From Lingula anatina (lineage: Eukaryota; Animalia; Brachiopoda), in NCBI GenBank assembly GCA_051362555.1, contig CM120642.1:10664001-10728000 (forward strand): a DNA stretch of 64,000 bases. Direction: 5' to 3'. This document shows, in pieces, positions 36,922 through 52,053 of this stretch. The notes under the pieces were generated by a model, which was given only the letters and a program-made list of their open reading frames with translations, had not been told where the DNA came from and made no database searches. The first letter of the stretch is position 1, and every line of letters starts with the position of its first letter. The translations under genes were made by a program, and so were the position numbers.

Positions 36922-39900
36922 ATGGACAACTACAAGGTGCACGTCTAAGGTTTTGGATATTAAGTGAATTAAAAAGTTGTTCTTTTTCTATAGATTTCTT
37001 CCAAATTGAACTTGTGGGTAATTTTACTATTTATCTTTGATAATTGACGTGTTTTGTTTGCATTGCAGGTAATAAAGAGGCTTGGCAAGGGTGCCCAAGG
37101 TGCCGTCTTTCTGGTGGAGCACAAGCAGCAGAATAAGCAGTATGTCCTCAAAAAGGTAAAAATAAATGTTCATAAATCATAATATAATCGCCCCAGGAGA
37201 AGTTTTTAATGATCCCCTTTGTTGTAGATTTTTTGAAAATTGTGAATAATAAGAAAGTGTATATTTATGAAATCTGCACAAGTTTTGGGTACATAAATAA
37301 AATACCACTAATTAAATTTAGTTCAATTCAATAATTGTTCACTGTACTTGTCTGTACTGTACATGCATTAGTACAGACTAGTCCGAATGTTCGGTATGAA
37401 ATATTTATTTTTGTATTATTTATCTTCTTGATAATGAAAAGACAGATAGGAACCAGAGAGGCTGATTATGTTTTAGGGTTACGATAATTCTCAATCCAAG
37501 TGTATAATTAATGTTTCAGTAAATGCGGGTACATGTAGTCTTGTATGGTCTAACACTTGCATTGCTTAACAGTGAAGTATTGCAATAAAGATGTGAAAAA
37601 TAATAATTTGTTCCAGATGTATATACTTGAGTCTGTCAAAATCTTATTCCCGACCTAATCCAGCAACACAGTAGATAATACAGTATATATATATATATAA
37701 GAATTTGTATTTGTATAGGATTGACTGAAAAAGTTATGTAGCATAATGTAGCTGTATGAGTTTCCTCATAGACTTGACAGGTCTGTATTTGTTCTCAGTC
37801 TGACACTGACAATGACTTCATGTTCAGTAGTGCATGTTACTTGTTCTGACCAGTTTCACCCTGCAGAATTGCCAAGTGAAGTGAATTCAAACTATGGTTT
37901 AGGTTTTATAGTAGCCCTTGATTATACTATCACTCTATTAAAAAAGGAATGCAGCTAGGATATATAAACAAATACATAAATACATAAGTAAATAAATAAA
38001 CAGAAAAGTGTGAATGTAAATTAATTAATTAAAAAACTATAAGATCTCAGCAGAATTATTTGAATGTTCATGAAAAGTGACAGCTACATATGAAGCCTTA
38101 CATGTAGGAAAATTTTATCTTAACTCCATTTGCCAGCTAGTACGTATATTTAGAGATATCAGTCCAGAATACTCCCTGTCCAGAATTGTGACTGTTTCTG
38201 TCATAAAACTATTGATTTAGCCATAAATAAAGAGCACACCTTTATCTTAGATATGTGCACACCTTTGCTTTAGCTGAAATGTATTGATTTACTAGCATCA
38301 GAGATTTGTTTATGGGCTAATAAAACTAGCCTCATGGGTCTTGCCAGCTGCTATTGTCACAGAGTTTGGTTATTTTAACCTCAGAAAATATTATTGTCTA
38401 CATAATGTGTTGAATGCACTTACTATGAGAAATTGATTTGTCTAACAATCTGAATCAATATACTGGTATGTTTTTAAAAATATGTTTCACTGCAGGTCAT
38501 GTCACTAGTAGGTCATAAAATTGGTAGATATTATTGATCTTTATGTTTGATTCGTTGACAGAATCTACATGGTAACAGTCAGCAATTTCACAAGAATTCT
38601 TTCTCCTGTCTTCCCAGAAGGCCTATTTTGTTTATTAAGTATAGTGTGTTTTTTTAAACAGTGAAAGACTTGACAGTTTACAATAGATTTAATGAAGTAT
38701 GGATAAATTAAATTGTATGTAGGAAAATGCTATGGTCAAAGGCTAATTTAATAATTATTTCCATTATTAGTATGACTACAATTGTATTCTGTATTTTCTT
38801 CAGGTTGAGTGCAATGATGAAAGTGAGGCAAACAAGGCTTTCATGGAGGTAAGAATACATTATGTGATACATTTTATGCACTTGTACAGTAAGCAGCTGC
38901 AACACTGTTGAGACTTTAGATCACTGACCAATGACTTTGTCTCAGGTTGTGATAATTTCAGTACAAGTCAATAGGAAATGGTCAGTGAAGATTCACCACC
39001 TGTCACTGGCCAGTAATTAACAAATCACATTGTAAGTACCTGTATGTTGACTTGCAATACATTCAGAAACACCTGAACAGATAGATACATAGGCTGTAAT
39101 ACCAATACTTGGCATGAAAGTTTTTTTGTATTTCGTCTGTGATTTGAATAAAGTCGAGGAATATTGACCATGACAATCTTATTTGGTTAATTTGGCAGTT
39201 TTAAAAAGTTACATGCATGTAGGGAGGTTTATGGGCAACTGATTTCCCTAACCATTATTCAACTCAAATTTTTTAGATCATCATTTTATGATTTTATGAC
39301 GAAATGTTATTTTTTTTCACCAGAGTTACAAAGAGTATATACATAGCAAAAAAATGCATGGTTTAGCATAAGGTGGCAGTGAATGAGGTTATAGTTAGGA
39401 GCTAGACATTATTGTTATAGTGTATAAAGGGTACAGGTAAGTTCATAAAGACAGAATTGGCATTGTTTGATTTTAATATTTGAATGTATGTGTCAACTTA
39501 TTGTTTGCACATTGTGTGGGTTTAATTCACCGAGGTTTGTGTCAATTACCCAAAGGTTTTCAGTTTTTTCAAATCTGGTATTTTGTTATTTATATACTTC
39601 AGGGTGCCTTACAATTCTATTCCTGAGCTTTTGTTATTTTCTTTTGCCATCCCTTGTGCAAAGTTCTGTTTGAATGTGGTTGAATACAGACATTGTATGG
39701 CCTCACGTCAAGGTGGCTGGATAGGGTTCATTATAATTCATTTCTTGGCTTATCGATCCTCCCAACATCTAGGAGTTAAGAAATACAAAAAGCTGTTGTT
39801 GGTGTGTAGTTCCAAAATATTTCATTAAGCTGATAATCCAAGTTTCTTTTTGCTATTTGTGACAGCTTATCATCATGGCAGTTTACATTATCAAAAGTTA

Positions 39901-41627
39901 GTTTGCAAGTCAAATACAGTCTCAAGTATGCCGTCTATAGTGTTATAAAGTGTGGACACAAGGACTGGTAGAAACTGCTTTGTAAACAGAGCTATTATAT
40001 TAAGAGTAGCAAGGTCAAACCAAGCTGAACTGATGCTATGATAAAACTTGTTTGTTACTAAGGATGACTTACATGTAAATTATATATACCAGCATATGTA
40101 TCGATCATAAAATACTAGTACATGTGTACTTAATCTTCCTAGGCAGCACCCAGCACTGTTAATTATAATTGTTGTTGTTGGTTTATGTTTATCTTCAGTA
40201 TGACCAAGGAGTTGTATGTGATCTCATACAATTCTTTGGTTTGATGGCTCCTAAGTAGTATGAGATAATTTATAATGAGAGAGAGAGAGAGAGATATGAA
40301 GCAATAGTAAATAGTATATATTTTAATTCAGACAATAAATGTTTGGTCATGCACAGAAGGATTAATATATGTTATGTACATATTTACATTGCTTCCTCTT
40401 CAGGCCATGGCCCTCAAAGAGTTACAGCATAGAAGTGTTTGTGGGTACAGAGAATTCTTTGTACAGTGGGAAAAAGAGGTAAGTACTGTACATGCCAGGA
40501 AATCTGTTGTAATTATATACTTGCAATATATTTTTTTGTTAATTCATACAGAAAAACTCCAGCTTAGATCAAGTTATTTATTTGTCCTTTTTACTATTTT
40601 TTTTTGGTAAATTTAAGAATCATGTAAGCAAGTTTTCGTTAAATATGTAATGTTATATGCAATGTTGTGTTAAATTTAGTTTTGATGTTAACTTAAGAAA
40701 TACTGTATGTGTTTGAAAATTACCTAGGTCATTTTTTCTATGTCTACCGTACATATCCTGCAAAGCCAATAATCTTTAAAAACAATAAAACTCCTCAAAA
40801 TAAAGTATGTGACATAGACAGTGCCTTCTGAAATGTGCAGGAAGACATGGTGTAACAGTTTTGCTAAATCATTGAATTTTAAATGGAATGAAACACGGAA
40901 TCCAAATTCCGGGATGGGTCGGGCAATGTTTCATGAGTAGGAGAAATTTGCCCTTTTCTCGAAAGAAAATTCATTCTGGTGCTTAAATCCAGAGTACCTT
41001 TAATTAAGGCAATATTTAATTCTAATTTCCACCTTGTCGCGTAATTTGTTCAGTTATTTTTGGCATTAAATGTATTTTAATGACATTAAAATGACATTAT
41101 TTGTTGAAAATTTGGTTCCAGGAGTCTGCCATGTTTGTGTGTATAGTGATGGACCATTACAAACTTGGGGATTTAGAAAAGGTGCTTAAACAGAAGAGAG
41201 ATAAGAAAGAAAACATCGAAGAACTGGTGAGTTTTAGCATCCCTCTGAACACAAAAGTGAAAGTTCTTTAAGGCTAGTTTATTTGCTGTTTTTGGGGTAG
41301 TGTTATAGTGGCCTGTGTTTTGGTGTACCTGTTATTGAGATAACCTTCAAAAGATGATATGAATTCCAAAAACTAGTTCAGACGTACCACATTATATACT
41401 AGTAATCTGTTTACTTTGTATATATCAGGTGATATATGCCAACAGAAGTCATATCTTTTGCACTGTTACAGATTATTAAAAAGTGGCTAGGCCAGATAGT
41501 GGAGGCCCTGGTGTTTGTTCACAAAAAAGGTATAATCCACAGGTAAGTTCATCTTATATCAGCAATTGAAGTAAGTTGAAAGAGTGGGGATTAACTCCTT
41601 TGTCTTAGTTTAATTTTGAACCCCATG

Positions 41628-41659
<32 letters not shown>

Positions 41660-44600
41660 TTTTATCCAAATTGATTATTTTTTTTATCGTTTTTATCATG
41701 GAAAAAAAAAAAAAAAAAACAGAATGACTCCAGTGGTTCTTTTACTTTGCTATGACAGGAAATGTTGCTTATTGTCAGATATACTCACAGCAAGTAACAT
41801 CTTTTTGCTATATTTCTAGGGACTTAAAACCTAGTAATATCTTCATGAAGGAGGACCTGAGTATATGCTTAGGTGACTTTGGTGTGGCCACAGTGATGGG
41901 GGATGCCAGGACTAAAACTAGGACCACAGTGGGTCAGTATACATGTAGCTTATATTACCAGTGTCAGAAATTGGGTTTCATTTAATTAATGGCTAATTAT
42001 CACTGCGTCAGTTTTTGATTAGTTTTGTGTTGGATGTAACACCCTGTAGTGTTGAACATTGAGTTAACAATGGGATGTACCACAGTCTGTGCATTTCTTT
42101 TTAATTTGCGTATAAGAGTACTTAGTTTCTATTCATTTTTTTATAACATGATTCTAAGTTGAGGTCTGATGCCCATGAATCGGATGGTCATGCTGTTACT
42201 TATTATTGAGTTCTTGGTGATATAATACAGGGGTCCAGTTGTATTTCTGCTGTATAAAAATCCACCTGTGTTCTGTCTGACTTCAGGTTCCATGAACTGG
42301 ATGGCGCCTGAGGTTCTGGAGAAACCATATGATGAGAGAAGTGATGTGTGGTCCGCTGGGTGCATATTACTGGAGATGGCCACATGTGGACGGCTCATGA
42401 AACAAGAGATAGCACAGAAGCTGTTTGAGATGAAGAATGATCCACAAGTACTAGAACAAGTTTTAGAAGATATTCAAAAACAGGTAAATTCAACAGGTTG
42501 TGCTTTAGACATTTTTTATTTTTATTAATTGTCTTCTTAGATTTATTTCCTGGATGATGCACACTTTTATTTATTTCCTTCATTTTAAATTTTTTTCAAA
42601 TATTTGATTTTATCATCTGTGTCCTCAATATTCGGATTAAAATGCAAGACTTTAATTTTTTTCACAGTAACTATACAGGTTTAACATTTAATGAAATAGC
42701 CTTTATTAGTGTTATGATTACTGTATTTGTGTTATCATACTCATGTTTATATAAGGATATTTTTATTTAACTTTTAGAAATACTCTGCTGATTTGGTTTC
42801 TTTGATCCGTATCATGCTGAGAAGAAATTTTAAGCAGAGGCCAACAGCGGTGTAAGTATTATAGAAATCTAATGTGAAATTATATTTTTTGGCAATATGT
42901 CATATTTTATGTTCATCAGTCACATAATGTAGTTTAAGGTAGACTGAAATGTAAAATGTAGACTCAATAATTAGTGATTAGAAAACATATTGTAAATCAT
43001 GAAGTCAATGACATTTTTTAAAAAAAGTTATCCATTAGGTACTTTATATGTACTTTCCCTTGAAGATACTTGAGAATTTGCTGAAATATGTCTTAAATGT
43101 TTGCTTCAATATTTCTTGCATGGAAATCCCTTCTAAAGGGAATATTTTTTTTCTCATTTTATTTTAGGGAGCTGTTAGATCTGCCCTATATACAAGACTG
43201 CCTTGTGTTATGTGACTCTGAACTTGCAGAGAAAAAGAAGAAAAAACAATCTAGTAATCAGGAGAAGAGTAAGTTTTTATTTATTATCATTTGTGTGTGT
43301 GTGTATATATATATAAAGTGATTCAAAATTCTTATTGAATACTGGTTACAAGAAGTACATGTAGATATTTCCACTTCACAGGACAGTAAAATGTGTTTTG
43401 CATTACTGCAGAAACAACTGTATTTGGTGGTATTGACCACTTTCCTAGAAAATTTGATGTAAAATCACTTTTTAAGAAAGAATGGCATGTATGGATATTG
43501 AACATTAAAAACAATTATACTGAAAACTGCTCACATATCTGACAGTGCACCCTGGTTTTCCGAGTCTGTGGGAGACTCACCTCGGTAACCAGCACCATTG
43601 CCTTTCCTTATAGCTAGCTATTACTGCACTGATGATTGAGAGCATAGGCCTAGATTATCAGGGTGCTGATGTCATTATCACTTTTTTTCCCTCAGAGCCA
43701 GTCCCTAAGGACCAGGGTGTGCCTCCTGTGCTGAGTTTCATCAGAGAAAACATCAATAATGACGGCAGTGTACGGGATGCCCTAGAATACTTAGCTGCAC
43801 TCACTAAACAGGAAGGAATTACTGTCACAGATGATGGAAAGAGACTGATAGCCAAAGCTATGAATGCCAATCTCAAAGACTTACATATACAGATTGCAGC
43901 ATGCAATGTTTTAAATAATCTCATCATATCAGGTAGGTTTTGATTTTGGGAAATGTGGAAGTGGGTCAGATTTCAAATTGATAATTTTTCACTTGGTTTG
44001 AAGTTTGTAAAATAGTGTCAAACATTATGTGTTTATCACTTTTGTGTTTTCTACAATATTCTCATCAGTTACTGTACTTGCTGAGCTGAGTTGCCAAAGA
44101 CAGTTTGCAATACTCTGTTTCTTGTGTCAGTCAAGATGTATGTAATTGTCTAAAAACAGCAACTTACTTTCTTAGAATATGTTTGTGATTTGGCAAAAAT
44201 GTCAAAAGATGCCTATTACATAGGAGTTCAGCATATAGTTTAATGTACATGAATATTTATAGTTGAAAGCAGCTACTTGGAATGCCATCTTTAGAATTGT
44301 GTTTTTTAATTTCAGCTGATCCAGATGATGCATTATACTCCAAAGAGATTATAAAACAAGTTTATCTTGCCATGAAGGTGGGAATGAAGAGATGCAAGAA
44401 ATTTCATGTAGAAATTGAAATAATTAGAAAGTTGAACTTTAGAGGATGAATTTTTAATGAGAGATCAAAATATTAATTTTTGCAAATAAAATATTTCAAG
44501 AGACACAGCATAGCAATTCTAGAGTATAATGCTATAAGTTTTAAAGTATAATGTTCATGCAGTAGAGGACATATTGTGCATGTTGCTGATTGAAAGTACA

Positions 44601-47600
44601 TTTTTATATGCATAAACTTCTTTTCAGACTCACTCTGCAGAAGCAGCACTTCAGCAGGTAGCCTGCTCCTTGTTGATGGCTTTTTCATCTCATGGTGAGT
44701 ATCCTGGTTGTGTATAATTCTTGATATGTAAACTGTATTGTACAGTATTCATTTGGACCAGGAATAATGATATTAGGGTCTATTAGTATTGGAGCGATTG
44801 TGCTAGGTGTGTCAGCTAGATAGATGTGATCGCTGGCTGTCATTGAGGAAATACAAATGCAATTGTTGAATGTACTAATAATGTGAAGGGTGGGAGGCTA
44901 AGGAAGCCAGGTGTGGCAGATGTGTTATTTCTTGTGAGGTGCTACATATTGTGACAGTATTGAGTGGGTAAGTCAGTCAGGAAAAACATTGTTAGTTGTG
45001 ACACTGTGATCATAGTAAAACTGTATGTACTGTAATTATCATTAGAAAATTTTGATTATTAGAATACACTGTATGTTTCCCCAGAGCAAGCAGCTGAGGT
45101 GATAGGAGAGAGTGGTGGGATTCAGGAGGTCCTGGCAGCTATGAGGTCATTCCCAGGAAATGCCACCCTGGTGGCCACTTGCTGTAATGCACTCTGGAGT
45201 CTAGCTGTCAGTGGTATGTGTTAATGGTTGAAAATATAAGAAAGTAATTGTAAACATGAGATTTCAAATCAACAGTACAAGAAATACCAGTACACTTGAA
45301 CACGATTTTCTTTCACAAACATCACACTGTACCTTAAAGTGTATCATAAAGTAGGACAGCAAGGTGAATAATTCATGAAGTACATGACTCAATCTGACAA
45401 AAGATAAAATTATGTGTTTTTGATTTTCTATATCATTCAGAGCAACAATGCTGACAATCAATTAATAGTTAATCACGATGGATAATATATGTTTATATTT
45501 CAGAAAAAAATTCCAAGATATTAGCTGAAGAGAAGGGTTTACAAGATGTCTATAATGCTATGGTGACACATGCAGACCATGTAGATTTGATAGAGGCTGC
45601 ATCAGCTGCCATGTTGTCATTGTCCATGGAGGGTCAGTTGACATTACCATTTTATTTATTTTTTGTCCAGGTGTTCAAAGTTTTATTATAATTAACAAAA
45701 GGTATATTCTCATGTTAGCAGCTGTCTGAAGGTTATACAAAATGGTAGGAATGGGGCATGTTTAGACATGTCTACTATAGATTGAGTGGCAGTGGGTGTA
45801 GCTTGTATCATCAGACAACAGACAACTGCTGTGCACTATCCTTTTTTTGTAACAAATATTCCTTGTGTGAATGCAGCAATAATGCTGCTCATACTATTTA
45901 TTAATATTTACATGTTTCATATTATATCTGTTATTTCAATATCTGTGTAAATATTCTGGCCAGCTAATGATGGGTTTAGGAAACTATTATAGAGATTATA
46001 CTCATGTTCCAGATGACAACCTAGAATACCTTGGTAATCTGGATTGCGTGGGGCTCCTGCTCAGTGCCATAGAAACTCACAAGAAGGAAGCCAAGGTAGT
46101 CAAGAATGCTTGCATGGCTCTGGCCAGCTTAGTAGAGCCAGATGGTGAGTAAGGGGGTCCGGAGAAGTGATCTGTTAGACCATTTTGATGATAATTAAAT
46201 TGCGTCTTACTGGTATGGGACATGTAATTACCCACTTAATTCAAATAAAATTGATTCATGATTTTACCGAAATGAACAGTATGTCAAAGATTCAAATAAA
46301 GGAGAGTTGAGTTGGCTTCTTGTCAAAAGGTATTGTTTTATAACTGAAAATAATAAACCTTGAAATGATAAAATCTTAGAATAGGCAAGGTGCTTGCATG
46401 GTGTTTTTTATTTAGTCAGACATTATTATTGGCTTTTGAAGATTTACTTGTTTATAGTCTCAATATAATGCATTATTTGCACTGATTACAATTCAGCATA
46501 CATTTTACAGCCACACGTGCCTGTACAATGTTTATTCATTATTTTTTTTCTATCATGTGTATAAGTCTTTTCTGTAGCCAATAGACCTATTTGCCTTGTT
46601 CTTGTGCAGACTTTCGTCGCTGTTAAATGTCATAGAAGTTGATTTCAATATTTTTCCAGAGGAAAGTGCCTACAAAGTACTGAACAATGACCGTGATGGT
46701 GTGAATGTGGCAGGTATACCTATCATTAAAGAGGTGTATACTCAACACAGAGACAATGCAGAGGTTGTGGAGAATATCTGTACTCTATTTATGGAACTCA
46801 CAGAATATGGTATGTACTTTATTAATTTGATAAGAATGTGGTATTTTATTTAGTATTCCAGACTTAATTTTCATTCAGTAGTACAATTAAAAACTGTTTT
46901 ATTGTTTTTTTTTTTTGATACAGGATAGCCCAAAAGAGATTTTATTTGCTTAGTGTATTTTGTGTTAATATGAATTCTTGTAGGCTTGCAGGCCTTGAAA
47001 TATGCTGGCATTTATTTTCTAGATGATATTTGTTTTGAAATGAAGGACCAAGGTGTTGGCAGTGTGTTAAATGAGATTCATAATAGGTTTAGTAAGAATG
47101 AGGTGAGAAGGTGCACTATGATTGGACACCCTAGTGTATCTTGTGATACTGTAGCTTATACTGGATTGGTCAGAAAATATGTGCAGATGACCTTTAACCT
47201 TGGGTTCTCATTGGCTGAAGTCGATCCCGTGGTTAGCTTTAGCAGTTCACAATAACACGTAACACTCTTACCAGTAGTGCAAGCTTCTTAGGCTACAGCT
47301 TTGAGAATGTCACCTTAGCCTAGACCAATTTTTTATACAATGAATGTTATGCTTACCAAGTATATTGAATCCTAATATATAGTAAAGCCAGTTACAGCTA
47401 CATATAGTTTAGTGATGTGTGATATGACTAATTTTTAAAAAGATCTTACATGCATGTAGCATATATTACAAAATGTAACTCAGAGCATAAACTGTATGCA
47501 AGTTCAGACAGATGCACAATTTTTCAAAGAAATTATGTTCACCTTATAGTCATAATATTTTTTATTTATTTCTTAATTTATTATAGATTAATAAAAATGT

Positions 47601-49796
47601 TTTGATAAAAATTAAAAGAGATAGGAAAGGTGACAGTAAAACATTATTTCACCCAAGGTCTTTTTCAAGTACTTACTAGTACAAGTGCTAGTTCAGTGAT
47701 TGCCTTATTATACTGTGACCCATAAATTTGTTTATATTAGGACCATTATTAGATAACAGTTTTTCCCCTTAGAAATAAGACATTTATTGTAAAATTTATT
47801 GCCTTTAATTATTATTATCATGTTTCATTTCACTATCATTTATGTTAGGGTAGGAAGACAGTAATTTAATTTTTATAACATGTATCCAGCCTTTGAGACA
47901 AAGCACAGGGTGTTTGAATGGAGAACAGGAGAATTAAAAACTGCAACAAAATTCTCGAAAAAATGCCCCTTCAAATGCCACAAGGCCATGAAACCAAGTA
48001 CCAGTACCAGTGATATGATATGATATGATATGATATGATATGATGAGCCGATTGAGACATTCAGAATAAAAAAAAAACAAGTCAGAGAATTCCGTTGTTT
48101 TCATAAAATCAATATTGAGTTTCTTTTGTATAAGTTGATTCTTTTTTACCTTTGCTATGTGAAAAGCATCAGAGCATATTTTCAGTTGGGAATTTAGAAA
48201 AAATTGAAAACTTAATAGCTCTACAGGGAGAATGCTTTCCTTATACCAAAGATCAAAAATGGTGCCTAAATGCTGGCCCCTCACAAAGTACGCCACTCCA
48301 AAAAGTTGAAACAGGGATGAAACCCTGGTCATGTACTAGTAGTTTTGAATTATTCTGAGTGCTGTACCGGGTCAGTGCAGAAGCCTGGGTTATATGTTCC
48401 TGAGGGAGGTGAGATCTATTCATAATTAGATCCATTATAACGTGGGCTTACATTGGAAAGCCAGCTGATCTTTTTTTAAGCAAGGAAATCATGCCTTAAA
48501 ACCAATCTTCACCTTTTACCATTATCTCTGGGGATGAACAGAGTGTTACATCTCCAGCTGGTCTTAAGTTAGACCATGCATAGTCTATACTGGCTTATCA
48601 CAGTTAGCATTCTGCTGTTGGTCTTGTTCACCTGAGAGGATATTTGTGTACAAGTACTTCAACACCCACATGCCATTATTGCTGCTTTATTTACATACTC
48701 CCACTTTGTTCATCATGATGATTATATTTTCACCAGTGAAAACTCTCTTCTTCAATTTGCTTGTAGACCACCATCACAGCTCACATACAATTAATGCACC
48801 AATATGTTCTTGCCCCTTATCTTGCTAGCTTCCAATGACACCTCACTGCTCATATTCATTGAATATTATTCTTTGTCTTTGCACTGTAGAAGATATAAGA
48901 GATGAACTACAGGCACTAGGTATAGATGGTATATTAAAGGAAGTTCAAAAACGCTACAAAGAAAATGGGGTAAGGTTAACTTTCTAGACATTTAACATAT
49001 TACTACTTACTAGTTGATCTGATTTGCACTTATGTTTAATTTTTGATTTGGTTTTTTGTTTAGTGTGGATTGTGTGCATTTTTGTCATTAACTTTGGTTT
49101 ATTTTTGTGAATTTTTTTAAATGTATAGAACTGATAATTTTAATTGGTTTCAGCTTAATTCTTTTTTGTTTCAAAATTTTCTTTGGATTTCTTATTTTCA
49201 GTTTGTTTTGAAATGATCAGCTTTTCTGATTGTCTTTTATTTGATAGTATTGATTTTATTTCTATTTAGAATTCATATACAAGTCTCAAATCTTTAAATA
49301 TTTGTTCAGAGTCTTTTTTCTTCTATTCGTTTTGTAGCATTTTACTTTTTAGCCTTGAATTTAAATTATATAGAATAAAAATGTTCAATTTAATTGTATT
49401 TGATATCAATGTAGTCTTACTACATGTGTATGTCTCAGTAAATCATTGATTTTATTATGTTAATGAGTTAAAATTTTAAATATCAGTTTTTAACTGTGTG
49501 ACTATATATATATATATATATATGCAGGGATTGGTTGCATCATCAAATATGTCTCCAACTTCTTGATGTCTTTCTTTCTAATATTACATCTAATTTTTAT
49601 TCCGGGAAGTAATCTTTTTCTAATTTGAATTTTTCATTTCCTTTCAAATGTTTCCTAGCTATAAATCATAACTAATCAATAATCATAATTTACCATTTCC
49701 TAGGATGTTATGGCTCCATGTGAGGCTGCCTTGGCCAAGCTGGGAGGTGGCAAAGTCAAGTCCAGACCCATATCTGCCAGAAACAGGAAATCATAG
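36922..49796 (+). CDS. STKLD1: Ser/Thr kinase with C-terminal armadillo-like repeats, STKLD1 (SgK071)-like (653 aa, 19 coding exons)
   Basis: Exons 36922-36936, 37069-37155, 38804-38848, 40404-40478, 41122-41226, 41472-41542, 41820-41932, 42287-42483, 42778-42851, 43168-43268, 43696-43932, 44316-44377, 44628-44694, 45085-45213, 45504-45632, 46013-46144, 46660-46809, [47023-47102 or 48890-48969] and 49704-49796 splice in frame. Motifs GKGAQG, YVLKKVEC, HRDLKPSN, DFG and WMAPE, then ARM-like helices (IQIAACNVL, ATCCNALWSLA, VVKNACMALASL). The VECxD and FFVQW segments resemble STKLD1 as I recall it. Confidence 0.85.
48011..48043 (+). repeat. (TGATA)n microsatellite
   Basis: About 6.5 perfect pentamer copies in the kinase intron. 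Confidence 0.85.
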
Positions 49797-50191
49797 TTAT
49801 AACGCAGGAACGGATAGTCCTACTAAATGCAGGGAAATGTAGTCCAAATGATTGGCACTAGGTTTACCAATGTCAGGTTTATCACTGGAGAAAGGAAAGT
49901 TCTACAGCTTGCAGAAATCACATTTGCCAGTAGATATTGCAGTATTTAACTGAACTCAAAATTGCTGAATATGACCTTATGTACTGTGGTTAAGGGATAA
50001 GCTATATATATGGGATACATAGGGGCTTTTTTCTTAAAATTTGCTGCTGTATTTTAACAACCATTGCACACAAGAATATTTAGATGTCTTTATAACATTA
50101 TAAGATGATTTAATTGTCATCATATTTTCAGCAGATAAGGGTATCCTAAGATATGATAAAGTAAAAAGGATATGCTGAAATAGTAAAAAGA

Positions 50192-50227
<36 letters not shown>

Positions 50228-52053
50228 CCACTTATCTGCATTGATAAGTAGTTTGATATTCTTAACAGGGGTAGCAGCAGCCATCACGTTACCAATTCTT
50301 ACTATTCTTTTCCCAGAGAGAGGTCACTATGTTCAGATTTATTAATCACGTTTGTGAAACCCAGCCATGTGCTGTTTTACTGGAAAACATTTGAAAAACT
50401 GCATGGTATCCCAGTGTCATTGTACATACCATTCCAGCTGGTCAAAATTGTCATAACTCATTTGTATTAGAATTGGTGCCTCACAGTTCACCTTGTGTTG
50501 TATGTTGGTGCATATGTTGATTTATAAGAACAAACCCATTGTTTTGTGTTTATCTTTGAACAATAATTTAAATGAAAAAAATATTAAGACAAAGTAGTGC
50601 TTGAAGAATATTTGGAGATCTTTTGTGAATGCGTGCATGATTCTGTTTGATGAAAGTTGACAATTTCAGAGCTGTGAAAATTGCTACTTACTCTGTTTGC
50701 TTTGCAAAGAAAAGTGACACCAACTTTTTTTTCTCCGTCCAGTTGCTGAGGCTCCATTAGTCCAAATCATAAGAGCATAAAAGCCGTCCACTTATATGTA
50801 TTGACAGGGTGGGGGGTCTCAGTTGTAAATATATCATTGTTAATCATCTGTATAAATATTATATTTTTACTTTCATGTTTTACGTGAATAATCCGTATTT
50901 TGACATCTAGATTACTAGTATTTAACAATCCTAGAAATGATTTGTTTGAGCTATATGGAATGATTGTCATAAGTTTTGAAGATTTTCTCAAATTATTTTT
51001 GATCAATTCAGAATTATTTACAGTGAGGTTAAAAAAGCATATATGTTTTCCACTTCTTATTAAAGTTTTGCTAAACTTTATCTCTACAGTTTTTTTCATT
51101 CAATATCCATGTAACATAGCAGGTCTTAAAATTCCATGACACCTGTGATTTTATTTAGCAATACAATTTAATGTAATTTGATATTATTTTTCAATAAAAG
51201 AGTATTCTATTCCTTATAAATATATTGGTTCTTGCCTTAATCAATTATGAATATTTGAAAAATATATTAAATCAGGTCTAATTTTCCTACCACAAATTAC
51301 AGAGTGCTAACAATGAAAGCGAAACTGGTAAAGTGACTGCTAAATGTTAAGTGAGTTTTAAAAATCATTTAGCTTTTGTATTCTATGGGTAGATTTAGAC
51401 ACTGAAAAGGCATTCTCAAAGCAATTGAAATAGTCACAAAAACGATTTGATGTCATAATGTCCAACACAGTCAATTATCTTTTCTTATTCAGATCTTAAT
51501 ATGGGGGAAAACTCAAAAATGAAAAAAAAAAAAAAAAAAAAAAACGAAACGAAATAAGATTCCTGATGTTATTAAAATGTTCTATATTGTCAAGTCGATA
51601 GAGTTAAAAAGAATCATGATTCAATTAGAACTATTTTTTATTTAAATATTAGAATGGTGCTTAATTGATAGATGGAAAAAAAATCATCAAAAATTTTGCA
51701 GAAGTTCTTAATATTTTAGACGTTCTAAAATTCCCAGGTCTCACAGTGTTTCCAGTGGCATTGACAAACTCGCTCATGGGTTTCACTGGAGTCCAAGCTA
51801 AGAAATGTCAACATCGATCTTAAACCTGGCGCGCTTTCCCTTGTCAACCACAATGTCAACAATAAAAGTAGGTCACCACAGGTAAGCCTTTGTGGACCTT
51901 ATCACCTCTATTGTGATTTTACAGGTGAGCATCATGCTGCCATCTTACTGTGTGTTACACTCATGTTGAACACATGTTGTCGCAACGTAATTCATAATTG
52001 TCTTTAACGTCCCACTCGAAATATCCACCAAGGTGTATGTGCGCGTTGAGGAC

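Noticed and set aside
51882-51924. 43-nt 5' UTR intron upstream of the FkbM gene
   Set aside because: A good donor and acceptor are present, but the length is below typical animal intron size and cannot be supported without transcripts
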